Shown piece after piece: positions 7,639-13,885 of a stretch of DNA of 34,983 bases. How positions within the stretch are numbered: position 1 is the stretch's first letter; each line of letters starts with the position of its first letter. The stretch lies in the IMG/VR virus record IMGVR_UViG_3300029794_000022. The stretch is one strand, 5' to 3'. Both the position numbers and the translations under genes were made by a program. This DNA is from a virus. Below the pieces are notes generated by a model, which saw only the letters and a list, made by a program, of their open reading frames with translations, was not told the origin of the DNA and searched no databases.

Positions 7639-8175
7639 TTAATGGCCATGCCCTTTCCTTTTACTTCTGATGCAGTTCACGTGATAGTACTCGCTGTCGC
7701 GATCTAGCAGGTTATTCACCATCAACTTATTTCTCAGTGCGATTGCTGATTTTTCAGCTTCATGAATATCGCTGTAGTAGCCACCATGATACTGCTTCCC
7801 TTTTACTCTAACTTTCACCCGCCACTTATTCTGGGCAGCAACCCAGAACACGCCGCGAACGCCGGTTTTACTATCCTTCCGAGCGCCCCTGTTTTCACTA
7901 TTCTGTTGATTGGTTACTAATTGCAAATGCGCAGGATTTACACACTGCCTATTGTGGCAAATGTGATCGATCTGGAGTTCAGCAGGACACTCCCCATATG
8001 CGAGCGCATACGCAAACCTATGAGCACGCACAGATTTCCCATGGAAGCACATAGACCCATATCCGTTTACGAAAGTAGCAGCCGTCCACGTCCAGCATTC
8101 ATTGCTTTTGTCGACTTTTTCCCAGAACCGCGCGATATCTTCGTCAGTCATGTCAGCACGGCGTATTATAATCAT
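7639..8175 (-). CDS. HNH (HNH_3-type) homing endonuclease with C-terminal AP2 DNA-binding domain
   Basis: IDHICHNRQCVNPAHL plus TGVRGVFWVAAQNKWRVKVRVKGKQYHGGYY (AP2-like); AAGGAG RBS. Confidence 0.8.
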   Translation of the reverse strand: MIIIRRADMTDEDIARFWEKVDKSNECWTWTAATFVNGYGSMCFHGKSVRAHRFAYALAYGECPAELQIDHICHNRQCVNPAHLQLVTNQQNSENRGARKDSKTGVRGVFWVAAQNKWRVKVRVKGKQYHGGYYSDIHEAEKSAIALRNKLMVNNLLDRDSEYYHVNCIRSKRKGHGH

Positions 8176-8201
8176 TGGTGTACTCCTTATAGGTATTGAT
8201 T

Positions 8202-8241
8202 GAGCTGGACTACTGCTAATAGTCCAGCTCGTTTTATATAT
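8202..8241 (+). terminator. Intrinsic-terminator-like hairpin oriented on the plus strand
   Basis: Perfect 11-bp stem 8202-8212/8220-8230, 7-nt loop, then gTTTTATATAT. On the minus strand no U tract follows it. Confidence 0.55.
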
Positions 8242-8607
8242 CTAGTGTATCTCAGGCTCTGGAGTGTCCCCCGCCGTCCCGTCATCCCAAAGAAAACATC
8301 GCCCCCAACATGCGTGGTCTACCGCGATCTTGTGCGGGTCATTGTAGCTGTGGACTAGCCAGCCGTGCTTGTAGGCTTCAGCTGGGTGCATGTGTACGTA
8401 TCCGTGACAGCCTTGTGTCCCACTACCGCAGAGCCAGATCAGGTTGGACGCTTCGTGTAAGCCGCTCCAACCGTGTGACCTCATGCGTCGATGATGGAGT
8501 GAGGCCATCGATCCGTATAGTGCCTTGCCGCATCGGACGCAGCATTGCATGTCCCTTCTGGCACAGATGGATCGTGTCTCTGGTGTCGGGTTCGTGGCCT
8601 TGCTCAT
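8242..8607 (-). CDS. HNH endonuclease, actinophage-like small type
   Basis: CCVRCGK...SLHHRRMRS...NLIWLCGSGTQGCHGYVH motif arrangement. Confidence 0.7.
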   Translation of the reverse strand: MSKATNPTPETRSICARRDMQCCVRCGKALYGSMASLHHRRMRSHGWSGLHEASNLIWLCGSGTQGCHGYVHMHPAEAYKHGWLVHSYNDPHKIAVDHACWGRCFLWDDGTAGDTPEPEIH

Positions 8608-8783
8608 TATTTGCCGCCTTGAATGTCCCTGCGGATCAGTGTCTTGATGTAGCCTTGCTTGTTGTCCACTGTTTCGAGTTTGCGGATTATGTCAGCGTCG
8701 TTTTCCTTGTGCAGTTCGAGATGGTACTGTTTTGAAGCTCGTTGGTGGTAGGCGTTCGCTGCTTTGGTGCGTCTGGTGCCCAT
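8607..8783 (-). CDS. Small ribbon-helix-helix-like protein (58 aa)
   Basis: GGGAGGTGAAAAAA precedes the ATG at 8783. YHLELHKENDADIIRKLETVDNKQGYIKTLIRRDI resembles the small phage RHH/CopG-like family. Confidence 0.5.
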   Translation of the reverse strand: MGTRRTKAANAYHQRASKQYHLELHKENDADIIRKLETVDNKQGYIKTLIRRDIQGGK

Positions 8784-8788
8784 TTTTT

Positions 8789-8857
8789 TCACCTCCCTAA
8801 GTAGCTGATCAGGATAGTCAAGGCGATCAGGCAAACTGCGATTATTATGTCAGGCAT
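8789..8857 (-). CDS. 22-aa hydrophobic micro-ORF (MPDIIIAVCLIALTILISYLGR)
   Basis: Its ATG overlaps the stop of the upstream 48-aa gene (AATGCCTGA). Its stop lies inside the RBS of the next gene. Confidence 0.3.
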   Translation of the reverse strand: MPDIIIAVCLIALTILISYLGR

Positions 8858-8996
8858 TTTTCTTGTCCTTTTCGTATTGTCTGATGAGCATTTCGATTTC
8901 CATGCGTGGGACTTGCGGTACCAGTGGCGCGATCTCGTCCACACTGTAGCCTCGCTCATGCCATTTAATGATCATTTCGGATAGCACCTTTTTCAT
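8850..8996 (-). CDS. 48-aa HTH-like protein (MKKVLSEMIIKWHERGYSVDEIAPLVPQVPRMEIEMLIRQYEKDKKNA)
   Basis: Hand-translated ORF, below the track cutoff. ERGYSVDEIA resembles a resolvase or sigma-region-4 type HTH. Preceded by a G9 run and aacc. Confidence 0.45.
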   Translation of the reverse strand: MKKVLSEMIIKWHERGYSVDEIAPLVPQVPRMEIEMLIRQYEKDKKNA

Positions 8997-9000
8997 GGTT

Positions 9001-9009
9001 CCCCCCCCC
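9001..9009. repeat. C9 homopolymer (G9 on the coding strand) between the exonuclease stop and the next start
   Basis: taGGGGGGGGGaaccATG on the minus strand; the first G is the last base of the TAG stop. Confidence 0.9.
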
Positions 9010-9698
9010 TAGAATAGTGGAATGTTGTCCGGGTCATAGCATACACGGTTGACTCGTTCTTTGAATTCCATCGTGGGGTTATGCCGCACTGGTGGTGTAT
9101 CAGTTTGGACGTGATTCCAGAATTCGTCAACAGCGTCCTCGATCATCTCTATCAGCAGTTCGTCACGTTCGACGGAGCGTTCGATAATCCGGCTATTGCC
9201 TATCATGGCGATTAGTTGCGCTCGCCGGCATCCGCTCACCGCCATATAGTGCAGGACTTGGCAGACGTATGATATCGGCACTGTATCCGGCTCCCAGCAT
9301 TTGGCGCTAGGTACGCCTACCGTCTTGATTTCCAGCACTTCCTTCCTGCCGTCCTCGTAGGTCAGCACTCCGTCGAGTGATGCTTGCCGCCACGGGTGTC
9401 TATCATCCTGAAGCATGTATTGTGGTTCCTCCACCTTCACGTCAGGGTGCCGATAGGCGTACTCTTTGCGTAGTGCAGACTCCACGCAATTGCCGAGGAT
9501 TACGGCGGGCTTGTGACTGATGTCTTCAGGCTTGACGCTACCGGTCTTCTCACGCCATAATTGGCTGATGGTCTTCCAGTGATTGACTCCAATGATTACG
9601 CCCACGTCTGACCCGCCGACGCCCTTATCACGCTGTGCGTGCCATGCCTTGCTGATTTCCTCCGGCGTGCCGGTAAATCTGATTTCTTTTGCCGTCAT
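9009..9698 (-). CDS. YqaJ-like (lambda Exo-type, PD-(D/E)XK) recombination exonuclease
   Basis: GVGGSDVGVIIGVNHWKT...LWREKTG...ASLDGV...LEIKT motif order. ATG at 9698 with GAGGA upstream; the longer track ORF N-terminus is implausible. Confidence 0.75.
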   Translation of the reverse strand: MTAKEIRFTGTPEEISKAWHAQRDKGVGGSDVGVIIGVNHWKTISQLWREKTGSVKPEDISHKPAVILGNCVESALRKEYAYRHPDVKVEEPQYMLQDDRHPWRQASLDGVLTYEDGRKEVLEIKTVGVPSAKCWEPDTVPISYVCQVLHYMAVSGCRRAQLIAMIGNSRIIERSVERDELLIEMIEDAVDEFWNHVQTDTPPVRHNPTMEFKERVNRVCYDPDNIPLF

Positions 9699-9735
9699 TT
9701 CGTGTCCTCGCATTCGACATACTTGGTTGCTTTGC

Positions 9736-9990
9736 TCATTTCTTCCTCCTGAAGTACTTGTATTCATCGTGGTGATGGAACAGGAACAGGTGAAGTCTCC
9801 ACGCCTTGACTGCCAACAGGCCCTTGAGTGTGATCGCATACCCGCCATGGACACGCTCCATGAGCTTCCTATCGGCCAATGATTCAAGTATTCGGGAAAG
9901 CTCTTGGTTCTCTCGTTGTTGCCAGATGTAGCTCATCCCCTCAGCGATATACAGGCAACACATGTCCTTGTCGGATTGGCTAATCATCAT
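9736..9990 (-). CDS. Hypothetical protein (84 aa)
   Basis: ATGATG overlaps the upstream TAG; GGAGG is just upstream. Confidence 0.5.
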   Translation of the reverse strand: MMISQSDKDMCCLYIAEGMSYIWQQRENQELSRILESLADRKLMERVHGGYAITLKGLLAVKAWRLHLFLFHHHDEYKYFRRKK

Positions 9991-10183
9991 TAGCCTCCAT
10001 GTCGCCATCATTCTTTCCTTTCTGCGTGTACCACCATTTGATGATTTCTTCTTGTCGTGGCGTGGTCATAGGAAGCCCATAGTCTTCCGCTATGGCTTTG
10101 CCCCATGCTGAGCCGACGTGGGGCTTGCTGTAGGCTTCGAGCGCGTCGGCAAGCTCCACAAGGTCGATATCCTGCTCACTCAT
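9980..10183 (-). CDS. Hypothetical protein (67 aa, acidic)
   Basis: ORF in the operon; its start lies directly after the upstream gene's stop. Confidence 0.5.
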   Translation of the reverse strand: MSEQDIDLVELADALEAYSKPHVGSAWGKAIAEDYGLPMTTPRQEEIIKWWYTQKGKNDGDMEANDD

Positions 10184-10184
10184 G

Positions 10185-10385
10185 TCACATTCTGCTGTCT
10201 GCCATGATGCACATCAGGTCGAGCACTGGGATGTCATCGTAGCTGGTGAGGTTGAGGCCATCGGCGGTGTCGGCTAGGGATTCACAGGCAGTGTTTTGGT
10301 CGAATTGCTCCCAGATGCCGGGCACGCCCTTGTAGTGGTTCTTGAGCCATTCGAGGGCGGTCTGGTAGTTGATTTCGGTGGTCAT
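10185..10385 (-). CDS. Hypothetical protein (66 aa)
   Basis: GAAAGGAACCAGAA precedes the ATG; first gene behind promoter copy A. Confidence 0.55.
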   Translation of the reverse strand: MTTEINYQTALEWLKNHYKGVPGIWEQFDQNTACESLADTADGLNLTSYDDIPVLDLMCIMADSRM

Positions 10386-10426
10386 TTCTGGTTCCTTTCT
10401 CGGTTGGTTCCTTGTATGTAACTACC

Positions 10427-10456
10427 ACTATACACCTATAAGAAGGTGACACGCCG
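10427..10456 (-). promoter_or_regulatory. Promoter copy A: CGGCGTGTC-N8-ATAGGTGTATAGT
   Basis: Minus-strand TATAGT at 10432-10427 and the 9-mer at 10456-10448. Same 21-nt register as copies B and C. Confidence 0.55.
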
Positions 10457-10464
10457 AAGAATCG

Positions 10465-10641
10465 TCAAACACGACACCTTGATTCATACTCTTCGACACC
10501 ACGCACATACTCCACACTCATGCCGACGATCTCAGCGACAGTCTCAGCCGGATACCCAAGGCCGAGATAATGCACCGTAAGCCAATATGATCTCGACTTC
10601 GTATCGTATGACGTTCCCCGTGTCTCATGCTTCCTTGCCAT
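10465..10641 (-). CDS. Small HTH protein (58 aa)
   Basis: AAGGAATAAA precedes the ATG at 10641. GYPAETVAEIVGMSVEYVRGV is an HTH-like segment. Last gene of unit B. Confidence 0.5.
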   Translation of the reverse strand: MARKHETRGTSYDTKSRSYWLTVHYLGLGYPAETVAEIVGMSVEYVRGVEEYESRCRV

Positions 10642-10642
10642 T

Positions 10643-11017
10643 TTATTCCTTCGCGAAATAGATTTCGGTCTCATACTCGGCTCCCCTAGCCAGTCGCGCC
10701 GGGATATTGCCGATGTACATTTCCTTTGCTTTGGTCAGCCAGCATCGTTCGCGCTTTCCGTCTACCTTCGCCCAGACCATGCAGCCTTCCGAGAGGAAAA
10801 GCCGCGCTTCCTCCGGATCAAGCTTGACGATCATTGGCTTCGGTTTCCGAAGTTCAGCGATTTCACTCGCCATCTCGCTCATGATCAGGCTGGACATGCG
10901 CTTATTGTCGTTCGCGTGGGCGATTTCGCGTTTTCGTGCTTCGTCGCGTCGTTTCCAGTGGCTTCGGGTTCCTGTCTGTGTGGGTGCTGTGGTCACGCCG
11001 ATGAAATTCGCTTTCAT
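10643..11017 (-). CDS. Hypothetical protein (124 aa)
   Basis: AAAGGAGGA RBS; no family recognised. Confidence 0.6.
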   Translation of the reverse strand: MKANFIGVTTAPTQTGTRSHWKRRDEARKREIAHANDNKRMSSLIMSEMASEIAELRKPKPMIVKLDPEEARLFLSEGCMVWAKVDGKRERCWLTKAKEMYIGNIPARLARGAEYETEIYFAKE

Positions 11018-11027
11018 GACTCCTCCT

Positions 11028-11273
11028 TTAACGGGTCACCATATCATCGCTCTTGCACATCAGTCCTGCCCCCTTCTGCCTGCACCAGCGGCAGTACATG
11101 TGCTCAATGCCGTTTTCTTCGCGCCGCTCCCACCCGGCTTCGAGCGCCGCATTGATTGCTCTCGTTGGTGTTGCCCAGCCTAGGCAAAGCTCGTAGTCCA
11201 TGCTTGCCATGAATCCGCATTTGGGGTTATCGCAGCCCACGTCATACCAGCGACTCGTGTTAGTGATGATCAT
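11028..11273 (-). CDS. Small Cys-rich (zinc-ribbon-like) protein (81 aa)
   Basis: CDNPKC...CRWC pairs; AAAGGAAAC RBS before the ATG at 11273; first gene behind promoter copy B. Confidence 0.55.
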   Translation of the reverse strand: MIITNTSRWYDVGCDNPKCGFMASMDYELCLGWATPTRAINAALEAGWERREENGIEHMYCRWCRQKGAGLMCKSDDMVTR

Positions 11274-11325
11274 TTTGTGTTTCCTTTTCGTTTGGTGGCT
11301 TGGTGTTTCCTTGTTTGCACTTATC

Positions 11326-11355
11326 ACTATACACCGATATAGATGAGACACGCCG
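11326..11355 (-). promoter_or_regulatory. Promoter copy B: CGGCGTGTC-N8-ATCGGTGTATAGT
   Basis: TATAGT at 11331-11326 and the 9-mer at 11355-11347; lies directly after a terminator. Confidence 0.55.
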
Positions 11356-11356
11356 G

Positions 11357-11392
11357 GAAAAAGAAAAATGCCGCAGCCAAACGGCCACGGCA
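11357..11392 (-). terminator. Intrinsic terminator, minus strand
   Basis: 10-bp stem 11369-78/11383-92 with two G.U pairs valid only on the minus strand, followed by UUUUUCUUUUUC. Confidence 0.75.
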
Positions 11393-11414
11393 CCAATTCG
11401 GCTGGTGGAGAGTC

Positions 11415-11639
11415 TTAGTCGCGTGGGGCGAACCGCACGATCAGCCACAATGCGGTGGCGATGTACACGCCTTCCACCATGAGCGCGGCGGTGGTGTCAC
11501 CGTCATGCCATGTGAGCATGAGTGTGGATGTGACGATGAGGGCGACCACCGCGAGGGCGAATTTGATGCGGCGGCGCGTGTAGTTCGGTTTCCGCGTCTT
11601 CTCCCGCTGGTCTTCGAGCCAGTAGTCGTGGTCGGTCAT
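11415..11639 (-). CDS. Two-TM membrane protein (74 aa)
   Basis: GGAGG lies 7 nt before the ATG at 11639. FALAVVALIVTSTLMLTW and GVYIATALWLIVRF are hydrophobic spans. Last gene before the terminator. Confidence 0.55.
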   Translation of the reverse strand: MTDHDYWLEDQREKTRKPNYTRRRIKFALAVVALIVTSTLMLTWHDGDTTAALMVEGVYIATALWLIVRFAPRD

Positions 11640-11659
11640 TTGGTTGCCTCCAGTCCTTT

Positions 11660-11872
11660 TCATCTTGTGTTTCCTGTCATTTCGTTGAGTGCGTATGCGA
11701 TGCCTTCGATTTCCGCTGGCGTGAAGTCCGCGAGGGTGATGTCTTGGATGCCGTCAACGAGACTGGCGCTGCCGTCCTCATGGAGGCGGAGGTAGAATCC
11801 GCTTGATGCGAGCAGCAGGCATCCGGGTTCGTGGATTGTCGGCGGTGCTGGCGGGTTGAGTGTCTGGTTCAT
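11660..11872 (-). CDS. Hypothetical protein (70 aa)
   Basis: AAGGAGAAAACAA precedes the ATG at 11872, and that ATG overlaps the upstream TGA. Confidence 0.5.
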   Translation of the reverse strand: MNQTLNPPAPPTIHEPGCLLLASSGFYLRLHEDGSASLVDGIQDITLADFTPAEIEGIAYALNEMTGNTR

Positions 11873-12039
11873 TTGTTTTCTCCTTTTGCTTTTACGATGG
11901 ATTCCAGTACTTTGGCGAGGGTTTCGATGGTGTCGGCGCAAGCGTCGAGTAGATCGTCCACTTCATCGCAATCGTAGCCTTCACGCAACCGGTGGACGGT
12001 GAGCTCGGCGTTTCGGACTTCTTTTGGTGTGAGCATCAT
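11869..12039 (-). CDS. DivIVA-domain protein (56 aa)
   Basis: Hand-translated: MMLTPKEVRNAELTVHRLREGYDCDEVDDLLDACADTIETL. It fits the DivIVA N-terminal motif LTPxDVRNxxFxxxxRGYDxxEVDxFLD. GAAAGGAAC RBS. Confidence 0.65.
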   Translation of the reverse strand: MMLTPKEVRNAELTVHRLREGYDCDEVDDLLDACADTIETLAKVLESIVKAKGENK

Positions 12040-12098
12040 TGGCGTTCCTTTCGGTTGTCGGGTTGAGCGGTTGCCGCCACCAAGCTTAGTGTTGCCGG

Positions 12099-12395
12099 TC
12101 AGTCGAGATCTGACGGTTCACCATCAAAATAGCGACATAACTGATCGATGACATATTCCGGGGTATCCTCATAACGGTATGGCTTCAGCTCAGCGTTCTT
12201 ATCCCGCTCCTCCTGCTCGATCAACTGGTCTATCCGGTCTTGCTCACCGCGGTGCTGCCATGAGAGTGGCGCGTTGCATTTCGCCCGATTCTCGCACACT
12301 GTGTACTCGTGTCCGCGATACTCGTAGTCGAGATATACCATGTGCGCGTCGTATCCGCTTCCGTAGTATTTCCTAACGAATGTTGCCTTCTTCAT
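12099..12395 (-). CDS. Hypothetical protein (98 aa)
   Basis: AAGGAG RBS; first gene behind promoter copy C. Confidence 0.6.
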   Translation of the reverse strand: MKKATFVRKYYGSGYDAHMVYLDYEYRGHEYTVCENRAKCNAPLSWQHRGEQDRIDQLIEQEERDKNAELKPYRYEDTPEYVIDQLCRYFDGEPSDLD

Positions 12396-12435
12396 GGTGT
12401 GCTCCTTTTGGTCGGTTCCTTACTTGATATCTATT

Positions 12436-12465
12436 ACTATACACCTATCAGGGAACGACACGCCG
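12436..12465 (-). promoter_or_regulatory. Promoter copy C: CGGCGTGTC-N8-ATAGGTGTATAGT
   Basis: TATAGT at 12441-12436 and the 9-mer at 12465-12457; follows a terminator directly. Confidence 0.55.
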
Positions 12466-12502
12466 AAGAAAAGAAAAGGCGGCACGCCTAGAACATGCCG
12501 CC
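12466..12502 (-). terminator. Intrinsic terminator, minus strand (of unit X1)
   Basis: Stem GGCGGCA/TGCCGCC at 12478-84/12496-502, followed on the minus strand by UUUUCUUUUCUU. Confidence 0.75.
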
Positions 12503-12603
12503 CGTGCATCATTCGCCGGCGCCCCGGCACGGTTGGTGCTCCCGCTAGCAGTGGCTGGTGCGCATCCTTGGAGAGGCGTTCTGCTTTGTAAATACCGATT
12601 ATA
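12466..12603 (-). ncRNA. Candidate sRNA unit X1, from a TATAAT box to a terminator; no conserved ORF
   Basis: Minus-strand TATAAT at 12603-12598, then about 125 nt ending in the terminator. Shares sequence blocks with X2. Confidence 0.4.
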
Positions 12604-12622
12604 CACGCTGTCCAGACTAGGC

Positions 12623-12656
12623 AAAAGAAAAGGCGGCACGCCTAGGACATGCCGCC
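12623..12656 (-). terminator. Intrinsic terminator, minus strand (of unit X2; also ends the early operon)
   Basis: Same GGCGGCA/TGCCGCC stem at 12632-38/12650-56, followed by UUUUCUUUU. Confidence 0.75.
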
Positions 12657-12739
12657 AGTATCATTCGCCGGTACAGCCCCGGCACGGCTGATATGCGCCG
12701 CTGGCAGGAGTGGTGCCCTGCCGTACAATCACGATTATA
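12623..12739 (-). ncRNA. Unit X2, a paralogue of X1; either the 3' UTR of the DUF1492 gene or a separate sRNA
   Basis: TATAATCG at 12739-12732 overlaps the TAA stop. Shares the blocks GCACCA, CTGCYAGCGG, CCGTGCCGGGGC, CCGGCGAATGAT and the terminator with X1. Confidence 0.3.
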
Positions 12740-13037
12740 CCCGCGCCAACCACCTGCGTAGTATCTTCGCCGTTGACGTGCGCTCATAATGGAGCCGCCG
12801 CGCTATCGTCTCCCACGACTCACCCTCTAGAAACCGCATTATGCAAATCAACCGCACGCGATCGTCAGGCACCGCGATAATCCACGCTATCAGCTCGAAG
12901 CGTCTCTGCTCCACATGCTCCAAGTGTTCCGCGAGCAGTCGGCGGCATGACGGCTCAAGCTCCACGGCCAGTAGCGAGCGCACACTGTCGCTTTCGCGTT
13001 TAAGCCATCGGGCTTGAGCCAAGTCACGCTCCGTCAC
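12735..13037 (-). CDS. DUF1492 / sigma-70 region-4-like phage transcriptional regulator
   Basis: RLICIMRFLEGESWETIARRLHYERTSTAKILRRWL is a region-4-type HTH. GTG start overlaps the upstream TGA (GTGA). Confidence 0.6.
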   Translation of the reverse strand: MTERDLAQARWLKRESDSVRSLLAVELEPSCRRLLAEHLEHVEQRRFELIAWIIAVPDDRVRLICIMRFLEGESWETIARRLHYERTSTAKILRRWLARV

Positions 13038-13885
13038 AAGCCCAACAGCTCCTTAGCGCTCATGATATTGCGCTCCATCTTCCGAGTACGCCGATCAGCG
13101 CCAGTAACTTCGATAGGCACGCACATCTCCTTAAGGCGACTGTAGACACGCTGACGGCGGATATCCGATGGATCGGCAAGCTCCCCAATCGTCAGATTGG
13201 TGGTCACAATCAACGGCAAGCCACTACGATAACGAGAATCCACAATGTTCATAATGTTTTCCCACACATACTCGCTATTACGCTCGACTGCCATATCATC
13301 AATCACCAGCAGGTCGAAACGGCTAAGATTATCGATATACTTCTGCCGCCCCTCGAAACTCTCCTGCAAGCGGTTGATAATCCGGCTGAAATTAGTCATC
13401 ATGCACGGCGTACCGCGATCTATCAGCGCATTGGCAATGCAAGCGGCCGCGAAACTCTTACCACACCCGACATTACCGTAGAGCAACAAGCCTGTGCCCT
13501 GCGAGCGCATGGCATCGAAATTATCCACATACTTCCGCGCGATATCGATGATCTTACTATTGCCGCCATCATCATTATCGAAAGTCCATTTACGCATTTC
13601 CGCATCAGGGAATCCAGTGCGTCTCATGCTGTCCAAGTATTGCATCCGGTCACGCTTGCGCTGCTCCTCGGCTTCACGCTTATTGCGTTCGACACTGCAC
13701 TTGCACGCGCAATGCAACACTTTCATTTCGCCTAGGAGCGGTTGGCGTACTTGCTTCGGCGTATGGCATTTGCCGCAGTACAGTAATCCGTCTTCTCCTG
13801 TGTAGTCGCCTTCCTGCCGTGCGTATTGTCGTGCGGCACGTGCCGCGATCCCGCTGATAGCATTGTTGATTTCCATTGGTCTCAT
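13034..13885 (-). CDS. DnaC/IstB-like AAA+ helicase loader
   Basis: Walker A GNVGCGKS and Walker B LLVIDDM; N-terminal Cys-rich segment. The ATG at 13876 has better RBS spacing than the one at 13885. Confidence 0.8.
   Translation of the reverse strand: MRPMEINNAISGIAARAARQYARQEGDYTGEDGLLYCGKCHTPKQVRQPLLGEMKVLHCACKCSVERNKREAEEQRKRDRMQYLDSMRRTGFPDAEMRKWTFDNDDGGNSKIIDIARKYVDNFDAMRSQGTGLLLYGNVGCGKSFAAACIANALIDRGTPCMMTNFSRIINRLQESFEGRQKYIDNLSRFDLLVIDDMAVERNSEYVWENIMNIVDSRYRSGLPLIVTTNLTIGELADPSDIRRQRVYSRLKEMCVPIEVTGADRRTRKMERNIMSAKELLGL

Noticed and set aside
12466-12739. A tRNA or tmRNA gene in the duplicated units or in the 6324-6783 gap; short peptides of 15 and 30 aa in the duplicated units
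   Set aside because: I found no cloverleaf, no GTTCRANYC T-loop box with a matching acceptor stem, and no tag-ORF. The short ATG frames differ in length and frame between the two copies and lack an RBS.
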